Assembly (NCBI GenBank): GCA_963805085.1
Contig: CAWDTA010000002.1
Coordinates: 1,856,001 to 1,920,000, forward strand
Direction: 5' to 3'
Length of the DNA stretch: 64,000 bases
Source of the DNA: an uncultured Veillonellaceae bacterium
GTDB taxonomy: Bacteria > Bacillota > Negativicutes > JARBTT01
In this document: piece after piece, positions 39,922-50,747 of the stretch
Numbering within the stretch: the first letter of the stretch is position 1
Layout: every line of letters begins with the position of its first letter
Notes under the pieces: generated by a model
Databases searched by the model: none
What the model was told of the DNA's origin: nothing
The model's input: the letters and a program-made list of their open reading frames with translations, nothing else
Position numbers and translations under genes: made by a program

Positions 39922-40869
39922 TTATGTGCATTGACCGCAACTGTTGCAATCACTGGAAGTGCAGTTGCTTTTTTCGGTACGTTTCGTGGACATAATCGTA
40001 ACCTTAATATCGGACAACGGATAACGATGGTCAGTGGAGTCGGTAATGATGACATCGGTCTTTGTAAAGGTTAAGGTAAGGGGCAAAGTGATCGTGTCGT
40101 TGTCATCAAGGGGATTCATTTTTTCAATGGGTTTGATTAAATCGACGGTTTCTTTTGTTGTGAGCATGAACTGATCGATCGTTTTTATGGATACAATATC
40201 CCCAGTTTCACTGAATTGGAGAGAATTACGGTCAGCGTGGATGCCAATGCTTTGCGGATCAAAAGCATTGATTTTGCCAATTGGCGTTGTTACTGGTGTC
40301 GGTCTAGCCGGTTCCACGGAGGTTATGTTGCCTTGCTGATCCAAGGAAAAGCCGGTTTTTACAGCAATAGTACCAACTGGTGTTGCAAGGTCTATCACTT
40401 CTGCTGGCTGCAGAGTTAAACTATATAGTTGTCCTGTTTCATAAAAATGCAGGCTGATAATTTTGGCAGTGAATTTTGCAAAATCGAAATCGAAGGTAAA
40501 GGGGCGCGCTAATTCACTTTCTTGGCTTTCTGACCAATAGCCACTGAGCCTGCCATTTAAGGGGAAGATTCTTTTGAGGGCACCTGTCGGGTAAAAAGTG
40601 ATGAATTCAGCGGGGATTTTGCCAAATGGCGTTTGGATTTGGGTGCTTGCTTCGAGAGAAATGCTTTTTAAATCCCCTGATTCATAAAAGGTTAGGGAAT
40701 TGATATATTTACGGCGCAAGTCATCATAATGATACTGCGGTACTAAGTCACCAACCTTTGTTTTGATAATGTTTTTTTCTTGAAGAATGCAACCCGCTAA
40801 GGTACCATTGTTATGATATTCTTCACGAGTACAATCCATGAGTGTACCGTAGTTTGTTTCAATGTTCAT
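39922..40869 (-). CDS. nif-associated hypothetical protein with internal beta-repeats and Cys-rich C-terminus
   Basis: Repeated FY.(S/T)G.L.(S/R) and (T/K)P.G.I units; ends CTSSDCNSCGQCT; co-oriented with the AnfO-like gene. Confidence 0.7.
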   Translation of the reverse strand: MNIETNYGTLMDCTREEYHNNGTLAGCILQEKNIIKTKVGDLVPQYHYDDLRRKYINSLTFYESGDLKSISLEASTQIQTPFGKIPAEFITFYPTGALKRIFPLNGRLSGYWSESQESELARPFTFDFDFAKFTAKIISLHFYETGQLYSLTLQPAEVIDLATPVGTIAVKTGFSLDQQGNITSVEPARPTPVTTPIGKINAFDPQSIGIHADRNSLQFSETGDIVSIKTIDQFMLTTKETVDLIKPIEKMNPLDDNDTITLPLTLTFTKTDVIITDSTDHRYPLSDIKVTIMSTKRTEKSNCTSSDCNSCGQCT

Positions 40870-40881
40870 AGTTAATCATCC

Positions 40882-41514
40882 TTAATATTTACAGATTTTT
40901 TTTGTGATTGTTACAAGCATCGCTGAACCACTTTTTTTATTGACAATGTCAAAAACGCTTTTGTATTCAGTATTTTCTAACCAAGGTGGTAAGTGTGAGC
41001 AGAGCATATCCAATTTGATAAAGGGAGTATTGTGTAAAAAGGGCTGTAAGGCTTTTTTTGATGAAATATCAGGGCGGTTCGCTTGCAATTGAATGAGATC
41101 CAAAAAATAAATGCCATCAACAGTCTCAATGGGAGTGGTTGGTATCGCTTCATTTCGCTCGATATTTTCCGTATTGTTAATGATATCCATAAAAATGTCA
41201 TTAAGAACCGTTTTCTGAAAAGTAGGCACTTCAAATATATGAAAGCCCATACGATCAAAAACGTTGTACACAAGGCCAGTAATGGACTGACTGACAATGA
41301 TATTACAATCATCTAACTTGGTAATTAAATTGCGTACTTGATTCCTAATTTCCTGCAGGTTAGTCGATAAATCAATTTGATAAGGAATTTCTTTTCTCGC
41401 GATCCAATCAGTATCTCGTTTTTCAAAGACCATAAGCGTATCCGCTTGGGTTAACTTAGCAAGGTCACTTTTTCCTTTGAAAGTTACAGCAATTTTCTCT
41501 GCCATATCATTCAC
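40882..41514 (-). CDS. AnfO-family nitrogenase accessory protein
   Basis: KIAV, L..C.IIV...ITGLVY..FD.MGF.IFE, Y.LDL..LQ......SSKKALQPFL....F..L...CSH.PPW. Confidence 0.8.
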   Translation of the reverse strand: MNDMAEKIAVTFKGKSDLAKLTQADTLMVFEKRDTDWIARKEIPYQIDLSTNLQEIRNQVRNLITKLDDCNIIVSQSITGLVYNVFDRMGFHIFEVPTFQKTVLNDIFMDIINNTENIERNEAIPTTPIETVDGIYFLDLIQLQANRPDISSKKALQPFLHNTPFIKLDMLCSHLPPWLENTEYKSVFDIVNKKSGSAMLVTITKKICKY

Positions 41515-41769
41515 TACCTTTCTGTACGATTTAAAGTTTGTATAATTTTAATAATATAACGATGTGTACACAAAAAGTCAATAATTAAAAATGTATACAA
41601 AATTTTTTTAAAAAATGTAAAATGTATATTTTTGTCGAAAACAAAAGTCTTTTAGGTGGAAACGTTAATTTTTAAAGTGGAAAATAGGATGGCTTAAATT
41701 TAAAAATCATTTCATTTTTAGATCAGAATATTGTGATAATTTATTGGGTTTTTTGCATAAAAATGGCCA

Positions 41770-41798
41770 TTGACAGAGGGAATCTTTTAAATTATAGT
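41770..41798 (+). promoter_or_regulatory. Sigma-A promoter of the nif operon
   Basis: TTGACA-17-TATAGT; no sigma-54 -24/-12 motif noticed. Confidence 0.7.
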
Positions 41799-41879
41799 TA
41801 CCGTATAAACAATTCACACAAAAACATTTTAAGTTTTTAAAAAATATTGCTTAAAAAATTAATAAGGTAGTGCTAAGAC

Positions 41880-41933
41880 AAAGACAGTCTTGATTATAAG
41901 CTTTCGCTATAATTAAGACTGTCTTTTGCTTTC
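41880..41933 (+). terminator. Leader terminator/attenuator between the nif promoter and nifH
   Basis: aaagacagtcttgattata / tataattaagactgtcttt 19-bp stem followed by T-rich tail. Confidence 0.7.
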
Positions 41934-42005
41934 TAAGGTATAAAGTACAAATCATTTCCACCTTAATTTGGTGGTGATGGTACTTTAAATAAAAAAATTA
42001 AGTGA

Positions 42006-42848
<843 letters not shown>

Positions 42849-42900
42849 GGTTAAATAGCAAATTTAAGTAAAAGAGCAATTTTGAGAGGAGCTAACTATT

Positions 42901-43224
42901 ATGATCATGATTAGAGCCATTGTTAGACCGGAGAAATCTAATGTTGTATTATCGGAGCTTTCTGATGCTGGGTATTCTGGGGTAACCAAAGAAGAAGTAT
43001 ATGGTCGCGGTCGCCAAAAAGGAATCATTGTCGGTGAGGTGCATTATGATGAATTACCGAAAGAACTTTTAATCATTTTTGCTAATGATGAAGATAAAGA
43101 TGATATTATCAAAATCATTTTGAAAAATGCAAAAACAGGTGAGGGCAATTTCGGTGATGGACGTATTTTTGTGAGTCCAGTACTGGAAGCATATACGATC
43201 AGTTCAGGCAAAGCTGGCTTATAA
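42901..43224 (+). CDS. nifI1: PII-family nitrogenase regulator NifI1
   Basis: IRAIVRPEK, V.GRGRQKG, YDELPKE, G.FGDGRIFV; lies between nifH and nifD. Confidence 0.9.
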   Translation: MIMIRAIVRPEKSNVVLSELSDAGYSGVTKEEVYGRGRQKGIIVGEVHYDELPKELLIIFANDEDKDDIIKIILKNAKTGEGNFGDGRIFVSPVLEAYTISSGKAGL

Positions 43225-43243
43225 GAGAAGGGGTGGCTATATA

Positions 43244-43648
43244 ATGAGAGAAATTATGGCTTTTATACGGATGAATATGGTAAACCCAACCAAGCAGGCA
43301 CTTGCCAAAGCTGGGTATCCGGCGTTTAACTTTTCAAAAGCTGTAGGCCGTGGCAAGAAGCCACTGGCTACAAAAGCAATCGAAGTCATCATGGGCAATG
43401 CCGGTTCTGTACCTGCCGATTCGATTGGTGAACATTTGTCGGAAGGGACGCGGCTCGTATCAAAACGTGCCTTTACTCTAATTGTTGATGATGAGCAAGT
43501 AGAATTGGCAGTGAAAACGATTATCAAGGTAAATCAGACAGGAAATCCTGGCGATGGTAGAATCTTTGTTATGCCAGTGATGGAAGGCTACAATATTAGA
43601 ACAGGTGAATGTCGTGAGCGAGAAAGCGATTTGACAGATAGGAGGTAA
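43244..43648 (+). CDS. nifI2: PII-family nitrogenase regulator NifI2
   Basis: EIMAFIRMN....TKQAL, GRGKK, NQTGNPGDGRIFV. Confidence 0.9.
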   Translation: MREIMAFIRMNMVNPTKQALAKAGYPAFNFSKAVGRGKKPLATKAIEVIMGNAGSVPADSIGEHLSEGTRLVSKRAFTLIVDDEQVELAVKTIIKVNQTGNPGDGRIFVMPVMEGYNIRTGECRERESDLTDRR

Positions 43649-45246
43649 TGGCTGTGGATAAACGTACGAAAATTTTAGATAAATATTCTGCACGGGTTTT
43701 TAAAAACCGTAAAGATCATATTATTGAGCTAGAAGATGTTGCGAACGCGCAAAGCATCGCAGCCAATAGCCGAGCAATACCAGGGGTTATGACAAATCGC
43801 GGCTGTTGTTATGCTGGCTGTAAAGGTGTTGTTTTAGGCCCATTAAAGGATGTTGTAGTTATTACACATGGCCCAATTGGTTGTGGCTTCTATACTTGGG
43901 GAACACGTCGTAATAAAGCAAAAGCAAGTGATAATGGCAAGAACTTTATTGAATATAGTTTTTCCACTGATATGCAAGAACCAGATATCGTATTTGGTGG
44001 GGAAAAGAAATTAAAGCAAGCAATTACCGAAGCGGTTGAGATTTTCAAACCAGAATGTATTATGATTTGTTCCACCTGTCCAGTTGGGCTAATCGGTGAC
44101 GATATTCATGCAGTAGCGACTTGGACAGAAGAAACATATAAAATAAAATGCGTTGCTTATAGTTGTGAAGGTTATAAAGGGGTCAGTCAATCAGCTGGTC
44201 ACCATATCGCCAATAATAGTTTAATGAAATATGTTATTGGTACAGGGGATAAGGCGCCAACACAAAAATTCTCCATAAATATTTTGGGTGAATATAATAT
44301 TGGTGGCGATGGCTGGGAAACTTCTCGTATCTTAAAAAGAATTGGTTATGAAGTGATTTCGGTATTTACTGGTGATGGTAGTTATGAAGAAATAAAAAAT
44401 GCGCATACAGCAAACTTAAATTTAGTGCAATGTCATCGTTCTATCAACTACATTGCAGAAATGATGAAAACAAAGTATGGCATTGATTGGATCAAAGTTA
44501 ACTTTATCGGTGTCGATGAAACAATTCGTTCCTTGCGCGAAATGGCAACGTATTTTGGTGATGCTGATTTAACCGCACGGACAGAAGCTGTTATCGAAGA
44601 TGAGCTTGCAAATATTGCTGATGATATGGCATATTATAAATCAAAATTGCAAGGGAAAAAGGCTGGTTTATTCTGCGGTGGTTCACGTTCCCATCACTAT
44701 CAAAATTTACTTGCTGACCTAGGCGTAGAAACCGTCGTAGCCGGCTACGAATTTGCGCATCGCGATGATTATGAAGGCAGGGAAGTGCTTCCTACCATCA
44801 AAACAGATGCCGATAGTAAAAATATCGAAGAAATGACAGTTACACCAGATGAAAGACATTTCCGCTTACTTTTGACCCAGGAAAAATTCGAACAATTGTC
44901 TAAGGCAATTGATTTAGAAGCGTATGCTGGGATGATTAAAGATATGGGTAATGGTACAGTGGTAATCGACGATTTTAATCATTATGAAACTGAACAATTA
45001 ATAGAATTATTCAAACCTGATATTTTCTATTCAGGCATTAAAGATAAATATATTATTCAAAAAATCGGAGTTGTATCGCGGCAGTTGCATTCCTATGATT
45101 ATAGCGGCCCTTATGCTGGATTTAAAGGAGCAGTTAATTTCGCTAGAGATACGACGATGGGAATTTTCACACCTGCGTGGAATTATGTAACTCCACCATG
45201 GCGCACGCTGCCAACGCTAGAAGGAAAGATTGGAGGTGAGGAGTAA
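43648..45246 (+). CDS. nifD: Mo-nitrogenase alpha chain (clostridial group II type with internal insertion)
   Basis: RGCCYAGCKGVV, LVQCHRS (cofactor Cys), QLHSYDYSGPY (Nif-type His ligand). Confidence 0.96.
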   Translation: MAVDKRTKILDKYSARVFKNRKDHIIELEDVANAQSIAANSRAIPGVMTNRGCCYAGCKGVVLGPLKDVVVITHGPIGCGFYTWGTRRNKAKASDNGKNFIEYSFSTDMQEPDIVFGGEKKLKQAITEAVEIFKPECIMICSTCPVGLIGDDIHAVATWTEETYKIKCVAYSCEGYKGVSQSAGHHIANNSLMKYVIGTGDKAPTQKFSINILGEYNIGGDGWETSRILKRIGYEVISVFTGDGSYEEIKNAHTANLNLVQCHRSINYIAEMMKTKYGIDWIKVNFIGVDETIRSLREMATYFGDADLTARTEAVIEDELANIADDMAYYKSKLQGKKAGLFCGGSRSHHYQNLLADLGVETVVAGYEFAHRDDYEGREVLPTIKTDADSKNIEEMTVTPDERHFRLLLTQEKFEQLSKAIDLEAYAGMIKDMGNGTVVIDDFNHYETEQLIELFKPDIFYSGIKDKYIIQKIGVVSRQLHSYDYSGPYAGFKGAVNFARDTTMGIFTPAWNYVTPPWRTLPTLEGKIGGEE

Positions 45247-46610
45247 TGCTAGACTTAACTCCAAAAGAAATAATTGAACGTAAAGGGCTAAGGATTAATC
45301 CTTGCAAAACTTGTCAACCGGTTGGTGCGATCTATGCGGCGCTTGGTGTGCATAAATGTATGCCACATAGCCATGGTTCACAAGGTTGCGTATCCTTTCA
45401 TCGTATGTTTTTATCCAGACATTTTAAAGAGCCAGCAATTGCTTCCACGAGCTCTTTCACCGAAGGAACTTCAGTATTTGGCGGCGGTAGTAATGTAAAA
45501 ACAGCAGTTAAAAATGTTTTCGACATTTATAATCCTGATATTATTGCGATTCACACCACTTGTTTGAGTGAAACGATTGGTGATGACCTCAACACCTATA
45601 TTCAACAGATGGAAATACCAGAAGGAAAAATCGTGTTGCATAGTAATACGCCAAGTTATGCTGGTTCGCATATCAGCGGTTATTTCAATATGATGAGTGG
45701 TTTCATCAAATATTTAGCGAAGAATACCGGAGTAGATAATGGTAAAATCGGTATTTTCCCTGGTTTCACCAATCCCGGCGATATGCGTGAAATGAAGAAA
45801 ATCGCTAAACTATTAGGTGCTGATTTTACGATGTTCCCTGACACCAGTGGTGTTATGGATGCACCGATGACTGGCAACTATGAAATGTATCCAAAAGGTG
45901 GTACAACGATTCCTGAAATCATTGGTTTAGGTGACTGTAAAAAAGTATTGGCACTCGGTGAACTTACTAGTATGGAACCAGCAATGGAGTTAAAACGCAA
46001 ATGCGAAGTTGATTTCGATTGTTTACCACTTCCGATTGGAATCGAAGCAACCGATGCATATGTAACAGTATTGTCACATTTCACCAAGAATGAAGTGCCA
46101 TACGCCTTAGAAGAGGAACGTGGACAATTGGTTGATATCATGTTGGATTCCCATGCGTATTATGATAAGAAGACCGTAGCAATTTATGGTGATCCTGATA
46201 CCGTTCTTGGTATTACAAGTTTGGTATTAGAAATGGGCATGATTCCTAAATATGTGCTTACTGGTACGCCAAATGAAAAGTTTACAAAAAAAGCAAATGC
46301 CTTATTTGAGAAATTTGGCGTAACCGATTGTAAAGCAAAAGCGTCGGGAGATTTATTTGAACTTCATCAATGGATCAAAAATGAACCAGTAGATTTATTG
46401 ATTGGTAGTTCCTATGGAAAACAGATTGCAAGAGCAGAGGATATTCCGTTTGTTCGTGCTGGTTTCCCAATCCTTGACCGCTATGTGCATTCTTATATGC
46501 CGATTGTCGGCTACCGAGGTGCCATTCGTTTGGTTGAACTCATTAGCAATGCATTAATGGATCGCCGTGATCGCGATTGTGAAGATGAAGATATGGAACT
46601 TGTAATGTAA
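45246..46610 (+). CDS. nifK: Mo-nitrogenase beta chain
   Basis: NPCKTCQP.GA, HGSQGC, TTCLSETIGDD, TPSY.GSH. Confidence 0.96.
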   Translation: MLDLTPKEIIERKGLRINPCKTCQPVGAIYAALGVHKCMPHSHGSQGCVSFHRMFLSRHFKEPAIASTSSFTEGTSVFGGGSNVKTAVKNVFDIYNPDIIAIHTTCLSETIGDDLNTYIQQMEIPEGKIVLHSNTPSYAGSHISGYFNMMSGFIKYLAKNTGVDNGKIGIFPGFTNPGDMREMKKIAKLLGADFTMFPDTSGVMDAPMTGNYEMYPKGGTTIPEIIGLGDCKKVLALGELTSMEPAMELKRKCEVDFDCLPLPIGIEATDAYVTVLSHFTKNEVPYALEEERGQLVDIMLDSHAYYDKKTVAIYGDPDTVLGITSLVLEMGMIPKYVLTGTPNEKFTKKANALFEKFGVTDCKAKASGDLFELHQWIKNEPVDLLIGSSYGKQIARAEDIPFVRAGFPILDRYVHSYMPIVGYRGAIRLVELISNALMDRRDRDCEDEDMELVM

Positions 46611-46638
46611 AAAAATGTGATGTACAATAAGTAGAGAA

Positions 46639-46703
46639 AGCAAAATAGACTCTTGATACAAAGATGTATTTCATTTGTTCAAGGGTCTATTTTGCTTATT
46701 TTT
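46639..46703 (+). terminator. Long intercistronic stem-loop between nifK and nifE
   Basis: agcaaaatagactcttga / tcaagggtctattttgct followed by T-rich tail. Confidence 0.65.
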
Positions 46704-46724
46704 GTATTTAAAGGAGGGCTAGCG

Positions 46725-48065
46725 ATGGAAGCAAGGATACTTGAGGAGAGAAAACAATCCATTATGGTAAAAGATTTTTGTTGTAGTGGGGATGGAAAGA
46801 GTATTACCTGTGAAAAAGAAAGTGTTTCGGGGGCTGTTAGTCAACGCGCTTGTGTATATTGTGGTGCCCGCGTAGTGCTCAATCCGATTACAGATGCCTA
46901 CCATATCGTTCATGGACCAATTGGCTGTGCAAGTTATACTTGGGATATTCGTGGCAGCCTTTCTAGTGGCAGCGATTTATATCGCAATAGTTTTTCAACA
47001 GATTTAAGAGAAAGAGATGTTATTTTTGGTGGTGAAAAAAGATTAACTGCCGCCATTGATGAAATCGTAGCCAATCATTCACCTAAATTAATTTTCGTGT
47101 ATGCGACCTGTATCGTGGGTGTTATTGGCGATGATATAGAAGCTGTCTGTAAGCAGGCAACGCAAAAGTATAATATCTGTGTAGTTCCAGTGAAAGCACC
47201 AGGTTTCTCTGGTACCAAGACACTTGGCTATAAAATGGCCTGTGATGCTTTAATGCAAGTGATAAAGCCACATGCAAAACCAGAACAAGCGAAAAAAGGA
47301 ATTAATATTTTAGGGGACTTTAACCTGGCTGGTGAAATGTGGATTATTAAAAATTATTTTAAGAAAATCGGGGTCAATGTTGTCTCAACGATCACTGGTG
47401 ATGCTTCTTACGATACCTTGATCAAAGCTTCTCAGGCAGAGCTCAATATCGTGCAATGTGCAGGGTCGAGTACCTATTTGGCCAATCGCATGGAAGATGA
47501 ACTGGCGATACCTTTTTTAAAGGTAAGCTTTTTCGGCGTAGAAGATACGACCAATTCTTTAATGCGGGTTGCCTATGCCATTGGCGATGCAGAGGTCATT
47601 CGCAAGGCACAAGCTTTTACGGAAGTAGAAGCAGCAAAACTACAAGATTTTTTAACAAAATATCGTCGTAATCTCCTCGGTAAAAAAGCAGCAATCTATG
47701 TTGGCGGCGGCTTTAAAGCCATTTCGTTGATTCGTCAGTTTAATGAAATGGGAATCGAAACCGTTGTCGTTGGGACACAGACGGGTAAACAAGAAGATTA
47801 TGCGGTCATTCAAAGTTTGGTGAATGAACATACCGTGATTTTAGATGATGCCAACCCAGCTGAACTAGAAACTTTCATGAAAGAAAAAGGTGCAGATATT
47901 TTGGTTGGTGGCGTCAAAGAGCGGCCGCTTGCTTATAAACTAGGCATTGCCTTTTGTGATCACAATCATGAACGCAAACATGCCTTAGCGGGTTATGAAG
48001 GGGTAATCAATTTTACCAAAGAAATTAACCTGACCATCAACAGTCCAGTTTGGCAGTTATTATAG
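46725..48065 (+). CDS. nifE: FeMo-cofactor scaffold NifE
   Basis: GAVSQRACVYCGARVVL, HGPIGC, TCIVGVIGDD; GGAGG RBS before ATG 46725. Confidence 0.95.
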   Translation: MEARILEERKQSIMVKDFCCSGDGKSITCEKESVSGAVSQRACVYCGARVVLNPITDAYHIVHGPIGCASYTWDIRGSLSSGSDLYRNSFSTDLRERDVIFGGEKRLTAAIDEIVANHSPKLIFVYATCIVGVIGDDIEAVCKQATQKYNICVVPVKAPGFSGTKTLGYKMACDALMQVIKPHAKPEQAKKGINILGDFNLAGEMWIIKNYFKKIGVNVVSTITGDASYDTLIKASQAELNIVQCAGSSTYLANRMEDELAIPFLKVSFFGVEDTTNSLMRVAYAIGDAEVIRKAQAFTEVEAAKLQDFLTKYRRNLLGKKAAIYVGGGFKAISLIRQFNEMGIETVVVGTQTGKQEDYAVIQSLVNEHTVILDDANPAELETFMKEKGADILVGGVKERPLAYKLGIAFCDHNHERKHALAGYEGVINFTKEINLTINSPVWQLL

Positions 48066-48095
48066 TAAAGATGAAAAAAGAGGAGGCTGGTTTCA

Positions 48096-50723
48096 GTGGG
48101 AATCAATTTTACAAATTTGAATGTAAATCCTTGCAAAATGTGTACGCCGATGGGGTCGGTTACCGCGTTATATGGCATAAAAAAATGTATGTCGATTTTA
48201 CATGGCTCACAAGGCTGTAGTACCTATATACGTCGCCATATGGCAACGCATTATAATGAACCAGTTGATATCGCTTCCTCCTCCCTAACGGAAGAAGGCA
48301 CTGTATTTGGCGGTGCAAGCAATCTGATTAAGGGTTTAGAAAATCTCATTCGCTTATATAATCCCGAAGTGATCGGTGTATCTACCACTTGTTTGGCAGA
48401 AACCATCGGTGAGGATATCAAAGCGATTATTAAAAATTTTTATACAGCAAATCCTGACTGTAAGGTAAAAATCATTCCAGTTTCGACAGCTGGCTACGCT
48501 GGTACGCAATATGAAGGTTTTTTTAAAGCTTTACAAGCTGTGGTAGCAAATGTAGAAATGGCTATGGAAAAAAATAATAAAATCAATATCATTACGGGGT
48601 TGATTTCACCAGCAGATACGCGTTATCTAAAACAATTACTAGACGGCTTAGGTGTTTCCTATATTTTATTGCCTGATTTAGCGGAAAATTTAGATGGCGT
48701 CCATGTTGATGTTTATAATAGATTGCCAAGTGAAGGAACCTCGCTAGAAGAAATTAGTCAAATGGCTGGAGCCAAATTTACGATAGAACTATCTACCTTT
48801 GTTAGCGATGATATTTCTCCAGCAAAATATCTAGCTGACCATTATGGTGTCCCTTATCAAAGAATGGATTTGCCGGTAGGTTTGCAGGCGACCGATGCGT
48901 TTATTAAGCAAATTGTAGAATTGGGCGGCGTTATTTCACCAGAATTAACTAAGGAACGTGGGCGTTATCTTGATGCGATGGTAGATTCTCATAAATACAA
49001 TGCCCTTGGCAGAGCAACGGTATTTGGTGAACCTGATTTCGTCAAAGCGATCATCAACCTATGCTGTGAAAATGGTATCGTCCCAGTGGTGAGTGCGACA
49101 GGTGCTGCTTGCAGTAAGTTTCAAGAAAAAATTGAAGGACCCATCAAGAAAGTTGCCGCAGGCCTTTTTGTCGAAAGCTATGTAATGGTTGACGATGCTG
49201 ATTTTGAAACAATTGAGCAGTTAACCTTAGATTTAAAAGCAAATGTTATGATCGGTAATTCTGATGCCCGGAGGATTTCAGAGAAACATTCGATAGATCT
49301 TGTCCGCTGTGCGTTCCCGATCCATGATCGCGTGGGCGGGCAACGAATACAAATGATTGGTTACGCTGGTTCTTTACAATTACTCGATCGTATTTCGAAT
49401 ACACTGCTAGGAGCAAAAGAAAGTACTTTCCGTGAAGAACTCTACGAGAAATATTATACTGGCAGTGATAAAAAATCGCCACAGGCGATTCATGAGGTGA
49501 CGAAGATGAATACACAAGAAATTATTGCACAAAAAACGGCAACCCATCCCTGTTATAATTGCGGCGCTGGTAAATATGCGAGAATTCATTTACCAATTGC
49601 ACCAAAATGTAATGTCCAATGCAATTATTGTGTTAGAAAATATGATTGTCCAAATGAAAGTCGTCCTGGTGTTACTACAGAAATTCTTACACCAGAAGAG
49701 GCATTCCAAAAATATGTTATCGTAAAAGAAAAAATGCCAAATTTAAAAGTGGTCGGCATTGCTGGGCCTGGGGATTCATTGGCGAATTTTGAACAAACCA
49801 AAGAAACGTTAACACTCATCAAAGAATATGATCCCCAAGTAACGTTTTGCTTATCAACAAATGGTTTGATGTTGCCACTTTACGCCCAAGAGCTAATTGA
49901 TTTAGGTGTTACCCATGTAACGATTACTTTAAATGCCATCGATCCAAAAATCGGGGCGAAAATCTATAAATATGTAGATTATATGGGCGTTCGCTATACG
50001 GGGGAAAGTGGCGCAGGCATTTTGATTGGTAATCAATTGGCTGGATTAAAATATCTGACGAGTCGTGGTATTATTTGTAAGGTAAACACAGTTATGTTAA
50101 AAGGTGTGAATGATGATCATATCGAAACTGTCGTGAAAAAAGTGAAAGAACTTGGTTGTGAAATCACCAATATCATGCAGCTTATTCCAGTAGCTGGTAG
50201 TGCCTTTGAAGATATGCCGCTTGTGAATAACAAAGAAATTACGGTGATGCGTAAACAATGCGAAGTACACATCAAACAAATGTATCATTGCAAGCAATGT
50301 CGCGCTGACGCAATTGGTACACTAGACAATGATGTTTCCATTGAATATCGTGGGTGTACAGAGACTTCTAGTGGCAAAGAGAAAACCGTAGAATCAAAAC
50401 GCTTTGCTGTGGCGACGAAAAGTGGTATGCTAGTCGATCAGCATTTCGGGCACGCTAGTGAATTTTATATTTATGAAAGCGACGGTAAAACGGCTAAATT
50501 TATTGAACGTCGGAATGTTGAAAAGTATTGTACAGGGGTGGAACACTGTGAGGATAAAGCAAGTAAGATTGACAATATTTTAACTGCGGTGAAAGATTGT
50601 CACAGTGTGCTGGCGCTGCGCATTGGTGATTCACCATCAAAACGATTACAAGATATGGGCATTGGTATCGTTGTTACGTATGATCGTATTGAAGATGCTG
50701 TGAAAAAGGCAGCCAATCAATAA
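48096..50723 (+). CDS. nifB: Fused NifN-NifB protein with C-terminal NifX-like domain
   Basis: NifN part NPCKMC.P.G, HGSQGC; NifB part HPC, CNVQCNYC (radical SAM), ESRPG, AGPGD, CKQCRADA; C-terminal VDQHFGHA. Confidence 0.95.
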   Translation: MGINFTNLNVNPCKMCTPMGSVTALYGIKKCMSILHGSQGCSTYIRRHMATHYNEPVDIASSSLTEEGTVFGGASNLIKGLENLIRLYNPEVIGVSTTCLAETIGEDIKAIIKNFYTANPDCKVKIIPVSTAGYAGTQYEGFFKALQAVVANVEMAMEKNNKINIITGLISPADTRYLKQLLDGLGVSYILLPDLAENLDGVHVDVYNRLPSEGTSLEEISQMAGAKFTIELSTFVSDDISPAKYLADHYGVPYQRMDLPVGLQATDAFIKQIVELGGVISPELTKERGRYLDAMVDSHKYNALGRATVFGEPDFVKAIINLCCENGIVPVVSATGAACSKFQEKIEGPIKKVAAGLFVESYVMVDDADFETIEQLTLDLKANVMIGNSDARRISEKHSIDLVRCAFPIHDRVGGQRIQMIGYAGSLQLLDRISNTLLGAKESTFREELYEKYYTGSDKKSPQAIHEVTKMNTQEIIAQKTATHPCYNCGAGKYARIHLPIAPKCNVQCNYCVRKYDCPNESRPGVTTEILTPEEAFQKYVIVKEKMPNLKVVGIAGPGDSLANFEQTKETLTLIKEYDPQVTFCLSTNGLMLPLYAQELIDLGVTHVTITLNAIDPKIGAKIYKYVDYMGVRYTGESGAGILIGNQLAGLKYLTSRGIICKVNTVMLKGVNDDHIETVVKKVKELGCEITNIMQLIPVAGSAFEDMPLVNNKEITVMRKQCEVHIKQMYHCKQCRADAIGTLDNDVSIEYRGCTETSSGKEKTVESKRFAVATKSGMLVDQHFGHASEFYIYESDGKTAKFIERRNVEKYCTGVEHCEDKASKIDNILTAVKDCHSVLALRIGDSPSKRLQDMGIGIVVTYDRIEDAVKKAANQ

Positions 50724-50747
50724 GTTAATTTTAGTGAGGTGGGAGAA

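Noticed and set aside
39778-40074. 98-aa plus-strand ORF as a possible holin for the island
   Set aside because: Spans a bidirectional terminator, overlaps a convergent gene and lacks an RBS
41562-41632. TGTGTACACA / AATGTATACA / AATGTATATT resembling the island -10 box
   Set aside because: No CCCGTTT partner at the right spacing; could be an operator but cannot be supported in such AT-rich DNA
43648-46610. Alternative (V or Fe-only) nitrogenase suggested by the AnfO-like gene
   Set aside because: No delta-subunit gene, Nif-type HSYDY motif, and nifEN plus modABC are present
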